A stretch of DNA of 64,000 bases, from NCBI GenBank assembly GCA_013265495.1, contig MU060807.1, positions 3,032,921 through 3,096,920 of the forward strand. The letters run 5' to 3'. The position numbers were made by a program, and so were the translations under genes. Under the pieces are notes generated by a model. That model searched no databases, was not told the DNA's origin, and saw nothing but the letters and a program-made list of their open reading frames with translations. The number at the start of each line of letters is the position of its first letter. The stretch's first letter is position 1. Source of the DNA: Vicugna vicugna (lineage: Eukaryota). Positions 13,801 through 43,120 of the stretch are shown here, in pieces.

Positions 13801-16800
13801 GCGGGGAGTCCTGGCTGGGGGTGGTGTTATGAGAACACATGTGAGGATGACAGCTGGCCTTCCGAAGTCCCCAGTGCTGACTTTTCACAAATGTGAACGT
13901 CTACAGACTAATTCTGACTTTTGTTGGGTTCCATCCCAATCACCGGCACTCTGAGCCTAGTGTATCCGAGGGCGAGGATGGGTAATAACCCACCCCAGTT
14001 CTGCTCATTCGCTCACTTAGTCAACAACTACCAAGAGCCTTCCATGGTCCTGGCCCTGTGCTCAGAGTTGGGGGGGAGGGGGCGGTAACAGCGAGCAAGA
14101 TGGACAAGGCCCTTGACCTTAAGCAGGAGGAGAGAGACAAGAAAGAAAACAAACAATGACCACCATGACGCACTGGCAAAGCATCATGAAGGAAGGAACC
14201 AGGGTACCATGACGGAGAATAAAGGAGAAGCCCTTCCAAGAGAGGTACTCAAGGAAGGCCTCGTGGTGACATTCACGCCGAATGAGCAGGAGCCGCCCAG
14301 GCAAAGAAGAGACTGCCAGGAAGGAAGGCCTAAGGCGGGAGAGGAGGATGTTCCAGGAGCCCTGAACCAGTGTGGCTGATGCACAGCAAGCCGGCCCGGT
14401 GCACGGGGACAGGGAGTTCGACGTTCTGAAGGGTGGTAAGCAGGGCACTACAAGACCAGGCTCCAGTCGATGACCCCAGCCTGATCTCCCTGTAGCTTTG
14501 TTCTCTGCACCACTGCTTTTGTAACACTTACGAAGGTTAGACCCTTACTTCTCTATAGAAAATGGCCCTGGTGATGGATCTCAGAATGAAAGGAAAGAGA
14601 AAGCAGAGAGGCCTAAGAAAGTGATGATTTTTGGCCAAAAGTCTCCTGGGGGGAATGAAGCAGTACGAGACGCACATGTGAATTCAGGGATGCCTGAAGG
14701 TCTTGGGATGTAAAAGTCAAGGGTCTGTCATCAAGCAGGGTTTCTCAGCCTGAGCATTACTGACCTTTGGGGCCAGATCATTCTTCATTGTGGGGCCTGT
14801 TCTGTAGGATATTTAGCTGCATCCTTGGCCTCTACCCATTAGATTCCAGTACCCCCCACCCCTAACCTTGCCCCTGCGGTGTGACAATCAAAAAGGTCTC
14901 CAGACATTGCCAAATGTCCCCTGGGAGGCAAGACTGCCACCAGCTGAGAACCACTGCTGAAAAGGTACAATGAAATAAACATACTCCCAACGGAAGCTTC
15001 AAATAAATCTCAGTGAAAAAACCCTTTAAGAAGGGTTGACAAAGAAGTCAGTTAGGGATAAGCTGTTGGCAGTTAGGAGCAGAAGTGGGGAATCACATTT
15101 GACTTGGGTTGCTGCAATTTTTTTTTTTTAGTTTCAAAGCAAGTACTCTGGGGCTGTGGGGAACCCTGTAGGATAATGTATGACTTCCCCACTTTCCTGG
15201 CAAGAGTTAAACCCTCTTTACCTTCAGTGAAGGTGATGGGTAAGGACCAATCACAAAGAGCAGAGCATGAGACAGGAGGCAAATCTGAGCTGAGCCACAG
15301 GCCAGATGGAAGGTAGTTGTAGGGCAGGAGGAAGGGGAGGAGGGGCTCTCTTCTGCTGGTTAGGTGACAGTTCTGTGGGACAGCCTCCCGGGAAGTGTGA
15401 CCAAAAGCCAAGGAGCAGAGCCCTACTGCGGTCTTGATAAAGAAGGCCTGTGCAAACTGAAATTCCTCCCTTTCTCAACTCTTCCTCTGTGGCTGAGCTG
15501 GAGAAGACACACTCCCTGTCCCTTGGGATGGCTGACCCGCCCCTCCTGTGCTCTAGGGAGTGCAGTGTGGCGCTCCTGCGGCCTCACCTCCGGCTCAGCG
15601 GCCTCGCCCACAGGTGTGCATGAGGCTGGGGTCACGGGCATCTTTCAATGGCTTCCTCAAGGACAGCTATCAAAGGAAATAGAAGGCAGCAGAGATGCCG
15701 AAGCAATGACTAGGGTTTCAGGCTGTGAAACAAGTGCCTTTTCTTTTGAGAACAACAGCAACAATCTTCAGCCAGACCGGCCAGCAGAAGGCGGTCCGAG
15801 GAGCCACCCTTTTGTAGGTGGTCATCCCCTTCTTCCACTGTTCTGATGGCATGATCTCTCCAATGGCCCCATGAACAGGGAAACATACATGCCAGATCTG
15901 AGATCACTTAAGGGCGATGCACAGGCCCGAGCCACGCCCGTGTGTCCAGCACCTTCCCTGGGAGGGTTTGCTTTCCGAGTCCCCTGCAGAGGCTCGGCTG
16001 CCCATTACAAATATTTTATGCAGAATAACGCAGGCTAGGCAAACACCCCTGACACCCATGAGGGGAAAAGAATTCACTAAGGGCAACAAAGAGGTAGGGA
16101 GAGGCTTTGTGTTGACAATGACCAGGTTACCAGCTGACGCACCTTCAGGAATTAAGCGCTCAGCATCACGGTCTCCCAAGGCACCAGAGGAGGTTCTGCC
16201 TATGTTGTGCTGAGCAGAGGAATTCAAAGCAGCATGGGTAGTGAAGTCCATTCCTCAGCCTCTCTGGGCTCCATGGATGGTGCACCCCACACCCTTCTCG
16301 TGGTCTCACAAGGGATCAAGAATCATTCTCCCAGGATGGCAGAGTTAAGGAAACCTCAGGCAGAAGGTATGCTCCCTGCTCAAACCCTGACCACTAACTC
16401 CTGGTTAATGTCACCTCATCCTCAGCTCTCCCCACCTCTCTCTTCACCAGCAGAATAAGAGAATACAAGCAGCTGTACGGCAAATGCCCAGAGGAGGCTC
16501 TCAAACACAGCCCTCGAACCAAACCAAACACATTGGAAATGGAAAAAAGAAATTTAAAAAGCAGAACGTGCTGAGGCTTTTAGGTCTCACTGCCCCACTT
16601 CCCGTGGGCACAGGCTGATGTGTGAAATGATCACCGAACAGCTGGAGGCACAAGAAAAGTGGGCATGTCAAAGATTTTCCTTCCCAACACTCAGTTATAA
16701 AAATAACTCATTTCCTCATCTCTAAGCTTACAGATGTTGTAAGATGAAGCAGGAACCGTAATGACTCTTACGGACAGTTGTGGACAATGCTGATACCAAG

Positions 16801-17869
16801 AGGAGGCTGTGGGCTGTCACACAATTCCACAAATGAGAAGGACATCATGTGACTCATTGCAAGGTTCAAGAAAGATGCCCCTGATAAATCATTGAGTGGA
16901 AGGAGCTCCCTTGATGTTACCCACGAAGCAGGAAGACCCAGACTCAGACCCAGACCCAGCAGGAAGGCCCCGGTGTGAGGAAGGGTTTTTGCCTGCTGTT
17001 CTCAGAGGTGCTTCCCTATCCACCATCCCACAGCTCCAGAGTTCTGTGAAGCTAGCAGAAACAGAGCAGGGATCCCCAGGCTAGAAAGGCAGGTGCAAAG
17101 CAGGGCAGCCATTTAAGGTTAGGAACTTTCTAGAAAGAGGGGTCTTGCTACTTAAGGCAGTGCTGCCTTTCCCCAGAATACCTGGTAGCAACATGAATCA
17201 ATCACTTGATTATTCCAATCCTCCAGCTACTTATCCAGAGGCCTCTGTGATGTAACCATGACCCATCTTATATTACAAAATGAAGATAAACTGAGTGTAT
17301 GTGTGAGCGGTGGGGGTTTGGGGGTGTAATAAAGACCCAAGACGGTGAGAAATCAATCATTCTAATTGTCCTAATTACAGACTCCACCAAACTGCAACTG
17401 GAGGTCTCTGCAAGCTTTCTCTGCCTCTTACGCCATCCAAGACTATAAAAATTGTGCAACTTAAAATTCAGCTAAGAAGCAAAGTGGTTTCAAACTGCTG
17501 AGAGGAGCAAAACCCAGGGTCAGCATCGGTCAGCCTCTGTCCATTTGAACTGGGAGCGCAGGTTGGAAGGGGTAGCAGCCCTCAGATAAATATAAAGAGC
17601 CAGCAAGTCAGTTTTCTTTTCTTGACCGCTCTGTGATCAACATGTAAAGAGTGAACAAACCTGACTCTCTTAATATGTTCAACATGGCTGCTGCGGAATA
17701 AGGTTCCCAGACCCTGGCTATAAAAGCCGCTGGGCTCACAAGTACAGTCCACATGAGGCAGTGTGCTTCTCTAGAAGCCAAGGGCACTGATGTGGGCAAA
17801 ACAGGCTCTGGAAGCAAAACTCACGTAGGGAGAATAGAGCTCCCCGGTCTCTGTGATTTCGCCCGCCAT
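4817..17869 (-). CDS. TMEM104: Transmembrane protein 104 (SLC38A12, amino-acid/auxin permease-like), 5' part only; coding exons 17825-17869, 12454-12575, 9854-9935, 9295-9391, 8646-8726, 5354-5453, 4817-4925; remaining exons lie left of the window
   Basis: Spliced translation MAGEITETGELYSPY/VGLVYMFNLIVGTGALTMPKAFATAGWLVSLVLLVFLGFMS/FVTTTFVVEAMAAANAQLHWKRMENHQ/EEEDDDSSTASDSDVLVQDNYERAEKRPILSVQ/RRGSPNLFEITDRVEMGQMASMFFNKV/GVNLFYFCIIIYLYGDLAIYAAAVPFSLMQVTC/SAMGNDSCGVEADTKYNDTDRCWGPLRRVDAYRIYL matches recalled mammalian TMEM104. All introns are GT-AG with matching phases; ATG in gaaATGG context; synteny with NAT9. Confidence 0.96.
7022..7240 (+). mobile_element. MER20 (hAT-Charlie) near full length
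   Basis: Starts cagtggtttcaactgggggcaatttt; core ctactgacaactagtgggcagaggctggggatgc; ends gagagcccctg. Confidence 0.75.
8961..9011. repeat. Imperfect (TG)n / alternating purine-pyrimidine tract
   Basis: tgtgtatatgtgtgtgtgcgtgcacgcatgtatgtgtacgtatgtgtgtgt: 51 bp of uninterrupted RY alternation. Confidence 0.85.
11400..11650 (+). mobile_element. L2 LINE 3' fragment
   Basis: Pyrimidine-rich L2 3' signature (ctcatcaccttgcc...actgtccatctctccac...gtctgccagggcagg). Confidence 0.45.
14003..14400 (-). mobile_element. L2 LINE 3' fragment
   Basis: ctcattcgctcacttagtcaacaactaccaagagcc...ggccctgtgctcagag...acaaggcccttgacc. Confidence 0.5.
14736..14956 (-). mobile_element. MER20 (hAT-Charlie) full length
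   Basis: cagggtttctcagcc...ggcctctacccattagattccagtacc...gtgacaatcaaaaaggtctccagacattgccaaatgtcccctggg...tgagaaccactg, with both termini present. Confidence 0.85.
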
Positions 17870-18449
17870 TTCCAAAAGCGAGGAAGGGTCCGTCGGCAGC
17901 CAAGGCTCCTTCTGTTCCGGGGAGGCGGCTCCCTAAGAAAAGAGTAGACTTCAACTTTCTGATGAACTCAGATGGGGGTAGGGGAATGTCTGCAGAGCCA
18001 CTCCCTCCCTGTCCTTTAATCAAAGACACTTATGGTCTCAGTATCAGCCACAAGACAGTCGAGAGGGAATGGTCCCTCTGTAAGACTAACGCCTGGGTGG
18101 TTTCTTCTAACTTTTTCCTTGCTGTGCAGGGCATGAATGTATTCTACGCCGCTCACTTCAAGTGATTTGACGGGCCTCAGAGGCCATTAGGTCTCGCCCA
18201 CCACAAGCATCCCATTTACACACCCTGCTTATCCCCATTTAATGCCAGGAACAGCGAGCTCACTACCATGCAGGGCAGCCAAGTGACTGCGTCTACCGTC
18301 TAGGGCAAGGGGCTGGCGGCTTTCCCAGGTGGGCCCCCAACCCAACTCTTTGCCCCAAAGCCTCTCCTTTTTAACGGGGCCTCCACTCCACGTCCCCCAA
18401 CCTACCTTAGTGCTCCCCACTCTCAGCCTCCCCCTCTTCTCAAGAGCCC

Positions 18450-19100
18450 GTCTCCGAACCTCTCCCCCATTTCTTCCTTCCTCCTGGAGGAGCCCCGAGT
18501 CTGGCACGACCCAAGCCCATACCACCGTCCCGCCCGGCCCAACACCTGCAGCGCAACTTGCTCTGGGCCGCTGCGGCCGCCGTCTCAGGATCCTGGGTTG
18601 CTGCCGGCGCCAGCTGTCCCGCACCAGCGCCCACAGCGCGCATGCGCCCGCGCCGGGAGCCCACCTTTTCAGCGCGAGCCTTGGGTGGGGCTCACGGCAC
18701 TGATTGGGCGCCTCGCGGAGGCGGGACCGGATTGGGCCCCAGCGGCTGCCGTCTGCGTGGCGGAAGTGGGCGGGGTGCGCTCCCAAGCGCATGCGGAACG
18801 GGAGGCCGTCCGTCAGCTGGGAAAGCGGGCCTGGTTGGAAGAGGTGGGTTCCACCTGCTAAGGACAGTTCTGTCGGCTAGGAGTGGGTGTGAACTCGGCC
18901 GACCCGGGACCCCATTGGTTGCGGGGTTTCTAGGAGAGAAGGCTGTAGCTTCTCGCAAAGGGGAAGGGATTGAGGCTTTAAGCCTACCTCACCTTAAAGT
19001 GGTCAGGGAGGCCCAGATGGCTTGGGGAGCGGAAAGAGGGAGGGCCGGAGACCAGTGGCGTGCTGGGAAAAGGGCTTGGAAATAGATTTAAGACAAGGCT
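18450..19100. promoter_or_regulatory. CpG-island bidirectional promoter of TMEM104 (-) and NAT9 (+), including probable non-coding first exons
   Basis: High CpG density; NRF1 palindrome GCGCATGCGC at 18638-18647 and near-match at 18787-18796; inverted CCAAT boxes at 18703-18707 and 18731-18735; ETS/GABP CGGAAGTG at 18761-18768; GC box at 18768-18775; probable NAT9 exon-1 donor gag|gtgggt at 18843/18844. TSS positions are inferred, not observed. Confidence 0.85.
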
Positions 19101-19479
19101 GAAAATTAACCCGAGGGCGGAGTCTCAGGACTGGGGCAAATGATGGGAGTTTTGGTGAACCTGGTGCCCGGGTGTGAGGCATCGAAGTTCTGCGAGATGG
19201 GGCGGAAGGGACAGGCAGAATAGGCAGCCCATGTTTGGCTCCTTGAGATGTGAGTCCAGGATTGTTTAATTATCTTTAACCAGCCAGGTTCCTCTTCTTG
19301 CAGGGGTTTAGAGTCTGCGTTCTCAGAAGTGTTTGAAAAGAAAGAGAGAAAGAAAGAAAGAAGCTCTTCTGACAGTTTAGCCCCAGAAGAGAGGAAATTG
19401 AAAGCCCGGGCTCCTACCCTAAGTGGGAGGAAAACTCAGAGTGCTGATACCTTTGCCCTCCCACCTGCAGGCTGCTACC

Positions 19480-22458
19480 ATGAGGTTAAATCAGAACATC
19501 TTGCTGCTGGGAAAGAAGGTGGTGTTGGTACCCTACACCTCAGAGCATGTGCCTAGGTAACCGTTCACGTGTCACGGGGTGCAAGCCAGCTCTCCAAGGT
19601 GCAGCGAGGAGTGTCAACCTTCCTTAGCACAAATTTTGGAGGCTTTTTACTCTGAGGAGAAACGTTGGTGTGAGAAGTAATTACATACAGAAAAAAAATG
19701 TAAATTGAAGCAGAGAACAGTGACTTCCCTGGAAGAAGTCACCCATCCCCCTGTTTCTTCCTATCACCCTCTCAGCTTCCTCTTTGGTCTTTCAGTGGGG
19801 GATTATTTTATGTAAACTAAACGTGTAAGCAAAAAAGATACTGTCTTCTTGCCAAATTATAAACGAGTACCGTTCCCCTGGTGCTAGTGAACGTGCTCAA
19901 TTCTAAACGTTAGCTTGTCGTAAAACTGAGCTGATGGCTTGTTGTGATGTATGCTGTTTTGAAAGGCCAGGACTGAGTCACAGGGTGGGACTTGGTGGTG
20001 AATGTCGGGTAGACTGGGATGGTAGTGCCGTGGGTGTGTATTCTTTACTTGTAGTTTTCCTTTTGGGGGTTCCTGGTGCTCAGCCTTTGTGGAGATCTGT
20101 CCAGCCTCCTTTGCTGAATTCAACTTGCCACTACTTCCCCTCAGGAATTTGAGGAATGTTTAGCTTCAGACTGCTCCCCCGCCCTGATCCCTAGGACTGG
20201 AGAGGAAGCCAGACAAATAAAACTGACTCCTGCTGTTATCTTGTAGGACTAGCCTGCGTCTAGTTCTTGTGCCCATGGCTCTCTGCCTGAGGAGCAATTA
20301 TAACCCTTTCTTGGATCTTCTGTGAGCCCTCTGTTAGCCCTGTGGGGTTCTCCTGGCCATCCATATCTTCATATCGGGTGTCAGACTGGTGCTTCTAAAT
20401 CAGTCCTGCATGCTGACGGCCATCCCTCTGTCTCTGCAGGTACCACGAGTGGATGAAATCAGAGGAGCTGCAGCGTCTGACAGCCTCCGAGCCTCTGACC
20501 CTGGAGCAGGAGTACGCGATGCAGCACAGCTGGCAGGAAGATGCGGACAGTGAGAAGTGGGGAGTGGGGGTGCTGGGCTGGGCGTGTCGTGGGAGGGCGG
20601 ATTCCAGAGGCCGTCTCCAGGTTCCCTCCCTTTCCTGGTCCCAGCTGTAGCCCTGCTGGGGCCACAGGACGTCTGCAAAAAGCACTTCACGAGGTGCTTG
20701 GGAGGTGCCTAAAACCCTCATACTTTGATGCCCACTCAAGTCGGTCCCTGTGGCTGACGCTTCTGTCATCTTCCTGCCCACTGCACCGGCCGTGAAAGGA
20801 GCTAGAGAAAGGAGAGCATCTGGGGCTCTGGCTGTAAACTGAGTCCCTGCCCCTCGCGTCTCTTGCCGCAAGCCCAGCGTGGCCATTGCGCTTTGCATCT
20901 CTCGCTCTCTGCGAGTGCAGTTGTTGTCTGGAGAAGGCCATTGTCTCCTGCAGGAGGCAGATTTAGGGCTTTGTAATCAGCTGCAGGAAGTTCTGGCTCC
21001 CCTTGCCTGACAGGCTCAGATGGGAGTCCTCTGCAGTTCTCTCGTGTGGGTAGGAAGACTGTCCTCACTGCACTTCTTTGCGGGGTGGAGGTGATAACCC
21101 CTCACCTCCCTCCTCAGAGTGTACCTTCATCGTGCTGGATGCAGTGAAGTGGCAGGCTGAGGCAGGCACCAGTGAAGAGAGCTGCATGGTGGGAGATGTG
21201 AACCTCTTCCTCACAGATCTCGGGGACCCTTCCTTGGGGGAGATTGAGGTCATGATTGCAGGTTGGTTCCCCCTGGCCCTGCCCTCCCTCCCTCCCTCCC
21301 GGCCCTCAGACCTGCTGAACCTGAAGCCAGCCGAGGCTGCATTGGGCACTCAGAGAGCTCAGTGGGAGGCTCTGGCCTTGGTGAGCCCAGCGCCTGGCCG
21401 GGCAGACGGCCTCTTGGCACCCTGCTAGCCTGCTAGTTCACCTTATTCTGATCTCACGCTTAGTTGTGAATTTAACCTTTGGTTTTAGGGCCTTCAAACT
21501 GCAGTCTGCCCTATCCTTGGGGGTGGAGGGGGCCTGGGGACCCTCTAAAAGTGAACGGTCTTCCCTGGAGCATCTTCCCATGCTGTGCTAGGAGCCCCTT
21601 CAGGTTCTGTGTCCATTGTGGTCTTCAGCCTCCTTCTAAGTGACTGTGCAACTGTCCCCAAGGGGTAGCACACTGAGGTGAATGGGTCAGGTTACTGGGT
21701 GTCTCTAAACTGTGAGACCTTGGATGAGTCATTTAACTTCTCTGTGCTTCTGTCTACTCATCTGCAGATAATCATTTTGTGAACTTGAGGTTGTGAGGAT
21801 TAAATGAGCCCGGCACGCAGTGTCAGTGATTATTGTCATTCCTCCTAGAGCCCAGCTGCAGGGGCCGGGGCTTGGGCACCGAGGCCGTCCTCATGATGAT
21901 GTCCTATGGTAAGGAAGTCTGAGTGGGTGGTGTGGGGGAGAAGTGGCCAGGCCCCTGGGGAAGGCGAAGGTGTGTTGGGAGGGAGCCTTCAGGCCTGAGG
22001 GTTGGGGGCAGGTGACAGTGGTCTCCACTGCAGACTGGGACATGAGGGGGCAGAGGGTGCTGAGGCGAGGGTGCCCTTCATCCTGTGGCTTGTCCCTGTC
22101 TCTCATCTCTTCCGGGAGGAGTGACAAAGCTAGGTCTGACCAAGTTTGAGGCTAAAATTGGGCAAGAAAATGAACTGAGCATCCGGATGTTCCAAAAGCT
22201 TCACTTTGAGCAGGTGAGGATGGTGCCGGTGAGAGGGTGAGACCTGGGTCTGGGCGGTGGGGCCCAGTGCCATTAGAACTTGTGGCTGTAACTTAGCGGC
22301 CCTGCTCTCTCTGGCTCGTGTAGGTGGCTGTGAACAGTGTCTTCCAGGAAGTGACACTTAGATTGATGATGAGTGAGCCAGAGCGGCAGTGGCTTCTGGA
22401 GCAGACCAGCCACGTGGAAGAGAAGCCCTACAGAGATGGGTGTTCGGAGCCCCGCTGA
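19480..22458 (+). CDS. NAT9: N-acetyltransferase 9 (GNAT family), complete, 206 aa; coding exons 19480-19556, 20440-20549, 21118-21261, 21849-21908, 22119-22213, 22324-22458
   Basis: Spliced translation [75 protein letters not shown]...[58 protein letters not shown]...[10 protein letters not shown]. Contains the GNAT acetyl-CoA motif RxxGxG (RGRGLG); accATG context; GT-AG introns with consistent phases. Confidence 0.96.
21700..21838 (+). mobile_element. MIR SINE fragment (NAT9 intron)
   Basis: tgtgagaccttggatgagtcatttaacttctctgtgcttctgt...gttgtgaggattaaatgag. Confidence 0.7.
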
Positions 22459-24536
22459 CAGCTGGCCTTGTGTTCAGCCGTCCTGTGTGAACAGGGGTGT
22501 AAGAACAGAGCCCTGCAACAAGTGAACGGATGGGGCCTTGGGGGCAGAGTGCTCCTGGCCCTGCTCCAGGCGAGGAGTCTCCTTTCAGGGCCCTTCAGAC
22601 TCTGGGGCCAGACTTACCTTGGCCTCCCTCCGGCTAGCAGTGTGGCCGAGCCTCTCCAGGGCCAGCCCCTCCTCCTGGCCAAACCTGGACTCTGGCTCTC
22701 AGAACCTGGAGTGGATGGTGCGAATCCATGGGAGGAGGCCGGGTGGAGGTGGAGCTGGAGACCAAGGGGGGCCTGGTGAACGGGGAGGGCCCCCCCTCTC
22801 CCCTGGAAGGCCAGAGGTGCTGCCCTGGGGCTGAGGCATGGGCTGGGAGTAAAGCACACTGCACACGCTTTCTGTTTTCTCATTGGGCCCATGTGGAGGT
22901 GAGCTACCAGGAGGCCCAGCCTGCGACATGTGGTCGAGCATCAGGGGGACAGGGGAAGGGTTGCTCAGTCCTGTCATCCTGCAGAAGCAGGCCGGGTGTG
23001 ACCTTGGGAGGTTTGGAAACAAATGAGGTTGGCCCTGGAAGGACAGACAGATGACTTGGAACGTGGGCGAGGGTCCTTGCTCCTTTCTCTTTGGAGCCAG
23101 TTTTGAGGGTGGCTGGAGTACCCCCTGCTGATGAAGCTTCGGGCCTCCTACTTCAGGGGCTGCAGAGGGAAGCAGAGGCCACTCAACAGTGCCCTCCTGA
23201 AGGCAGCTGTGTCCTCTCACCCTCTGCGCCTCATCTCTCCGCCGCTGGGGGCGGCTGCACCTGCCGAGGCCACTAGGGGGCGCCGGAGGCACAGGTTCGG
23301 GATTGTCGGGCGGCTTGGCGACGTGCTTCATAGGCAGAGATGGGCCGGGTCCCCGTGACCCAGAGCGAGGGGGACACTCTGACTTCTAACTATCCATCAT
23401 GCCCTGTCATAATCCAGGGTGGCCTTCAAGAAAAGCCAGGCATGTTTCGATACACAGTTGGAGAGACACTTGAGGGCACCTAGGGCATTTTCAAGGGGAG
23501 AAAACAGTCCCAGGGCCCCAGAGCTTTGGAAGGCGGAGTCCAAACTATGGCTGAGGACTCTCGGCCCCCAGCCTCTTAATCCTGGCATCTCACACCAGAC
23601 TATGCGTGTGAAAAATGAGAATCAAAAATGTGCCTGAGTCTAAGACACAGACTCCACTTGCTGGGGCCCCCAGCCCCTCAGCGATGGTTCCCTCTGAGCC
23701 ACCTGTTCCTTCCTCCCGACTGCAGCTTAATCAGAGCCCAAGGTCCTTAGGGCTTCCCCACCCAGCAGGTGAGGTGGCGGGGGGCCCTCCACAGCCCTGC
23801 GAGGGTAGTTCTCTGGCTTGTTCACCTGCAGGGGCCTCCATCAGGGGTCAAGGGATAGAGGAAGGGCAGGGCAGGCCAGGCCCAGCCTAACTGGACAGGT
23901 GATAAGGGTTTTGGAAGGTTCCTCTGAACAATGGTGGAATTCAGATCTTAACAGGTCAGAGTGATGAGATAGCCAGATACTGTCTTTTCTCTCAACCCCA
24001 AGGGCTCCTATTTCAATCTCTCTTCCTTACTTGTTCTCTTCAGTCCCAGGAACCTGACTTCTGAGTGGTCTCCTGGTTGGGTGAATAGCCCAGGGCCAAC
24101 TTCCTTCTGAGCACCTGCCTTGGAACCTCAGCCCTCGCAGGGCACCCTGGTAGGTCTCCAGGATGTGGCCTCAGGTGCCAGAGGTCGAAGGGACCTGGAT
24201 CTCTCGTGGAGCAGGGCATTTCGCCCTTGAGAGTCTCCTCCACCACACCTGCCCCAGGCATGTCCCAGGCCCAGCGGGCCAGGTTTGTTCTCCCCCAGTT
24301 CTCCCCAGCAGTCGGGTCTGTGGCCAGATAAGAGGATCTGGGACCAGCCCAGGCCACTCCTGGGAATTCTGTGCCTCACTGGCTGCAGGTGTGAAGATTA
24401 AAGCCAAGTCTGCCATTTGACCTTGGGCAAAACCTCAGTTTTTCATGTCAGTTTGTCTAGCATTAAATGCATTAAAGCATTTAGTACACAGTTCCTCACA
24501 TATAGAAAATACCCAAAATATGTAAGTAAATCATTA

Positions 24537-24546
24537 AATAAATAAA
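24537..24546 (+). terminator. Candidate NAT9 polyadenylation signal (overlapping AATAAA hexamers)
   Basis: First canonical AATAAA I found on + after the NAT9 stop (22458). It is followed by a genomic A-run, so internal priming could confound annotation. Confidence 0.35.
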
Positions 24547-25641
24547 AAAAAAAAGCCAAGTCTTCCCTTTCCAGATCTGGCCCCATCTGGGATTCACACT
24601 TTCAACACTCTTGGAATCAGAGGAGTCTCTCAGAGCCCTCTGAGCATGTGGGACTCCATGCCCACCTCCCACCTTTCCTGATGACCGTCCCTATAGGGTG
24701 GCCCCAACATGCACAGGCACACTGACCACCGAGCAGAGCACACGACTAAAGCATGGCCTGGCCACCCAGACAGTTGTGGGTTCGAGGCCCTCTAGTTAGA
24801 GCCACCCGTCCTCCCACTACTGGGCTTGGGGTCACAGGGAGCCCTGGACCGTCATCTCCCTCCAGCTGTACCCTACCCTCTTGGCCAGAGGCGACCCTGG
24901 GAACACCCATGGACAGAGCTCTAAAGGAAAACACAGAGGCTGAGGCAGTTTGGAGAAACCAGCTGAATTTGTCATAGAGTTTCCTTACAATTGTGCCTGG
25001 CTCAGGGCTGGGCAGGGGGTGGCCAGACCCTCTCCATGTCACCCAGGTCTCTGGGGGTGGGAGTAGAAACAAAAAAGTTGAAGGCTAAGGCTGCTGCTAT
25101 GTCCTGGGTGCACCAACTTGCAAAATCATGTTAATCAAGGAAAGTCCGTCTAAACTGTGATACAGCACTCTTTAAAAAAAATCAAATGAACAAAAATAAG
25201 ATGCCTAAGCCACAGCTCTGAGGATGACGGCCCCCGTCCACTCTGAGATGTTGCTGTAATCTGAGCCCCTGAACAATCCTGGACCCAGTCATCACTAGGG
25301 GTCATGAGGGAAGATGACCTCTCGCCCAGTCCCAGGATCCTTGGTCGGTGTAGGTCCCAGTGATGTCCCAGGAGGGTGGCAAGGGGACACCTGGTAGGCT
25401 GAAGTGCCCAGTGAGGAGGGAGACAGTGTGCCTTTTGACTGGGGCAGGACGGGAAAAAAAATTCACTTCGGAAGTAAGGGAACAGAGTTCTCTAAAAAAA
25501 TCAGATTTGCCAAAAGGGGAGGTGCTGGTGCTGATTGGTGTATCGATTTGAGAGTAAGTGCGGATGAGAGAAAAGGAGTTAGGGTCGGGTGTAGAGCTGG
25601 ACAGGCCCTTCCAGCATTCCTGGTGGCTGGTGGGAGGGCCC

Positions 25642-42400
<16,759 letters not shown>

Positions 42401-43114
42401 GGGCAGAGCAGCCCTCAGGCTCTGTTCTGATGTCCCCCCCACCGGTGTCCGGAGTTGAGGAGAGCCAACCCTAGGATAAAGGACCTTAACGTTTAACAGC
42501 CTTTAGGCAAAGCGTGCAGCTCCAGGTGGGGGTGGAAAGACCAATAAGACCGAGGTCCACCTCAGATCCAACAGAGTAGTTTGAATAACGATATTTTCCC
42601 GTTAGTAGGAGGGTCTCAGGACCTGCTAATAGGGGTGCGGGCTCTGATCCTCGCTGGGACAATGTGAGGGCTCAGCAGAGAGCCCGAGGCTTCACAGTAC
42701 TGCCCAGCGAAGACAGGCCGCTAGGGCCATGGAGTGGGCATTGGCGTCGGCTTTTGGCTAGGGAGGTGGGTGGGGGTGGGGAGAGGCAGAACAGAGTCAG
42801 GTAACCAATCTCTGGGTACAGTTCACAAGAAAAGGAGCCCTGGTTTTTTTCAATAGAGAAAGAAAAATGATTAGGACTGTAAGATAAACCTTCTTTCAGC
42901 TGCTTTCAGTTGAGAGGCTGATCACAGAGGCTGGGGGCAGTCTGTTAAGGGTGAGGTGACCAGTTGGGGATATTGAAGGATGAGGATCAAATGGTTTTGG
43001 CAGTCAGTGACAAGCAACAACAATCTTTTCAACACGATCCCCCTCACCCCAAAGCACACACCATGTGTATCTCAAAGAAGCAGTGGACAGGGTGTGCTTT
43101 CCAAAATACTGCAA

Positions 43115-43120
43115 TTTAAT
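43115..43120 (-). terminator. Candidate RAB37 polyadenylation signal (ATTAAA)
   Basis: tttaat on + gives ATTAAA on -, ~1.5 kb downstream of the RAB37 stop and upstream of the SLC9A3R1 promoter. Usage is not demonstrated. Confidence 0.3.

Noticed and set aside
13785-13885. C/D-box snoRNA-like segment (ATGATG...CTGA)
   Set aside because: The C box is imperfect and there is no terminal stem or recognisable guide.
22699-23331. 210-aa minus-strand ORF and other >150-aa ORFs in 3' UTR or intronic GC-rich DNA (e.g. 27896-28498, 30051-30599, 33852-34406, 38198-38725)
   Set aside because: No motifs, no splice-supported continuity, and composition as expected from random GC-rich sequence.
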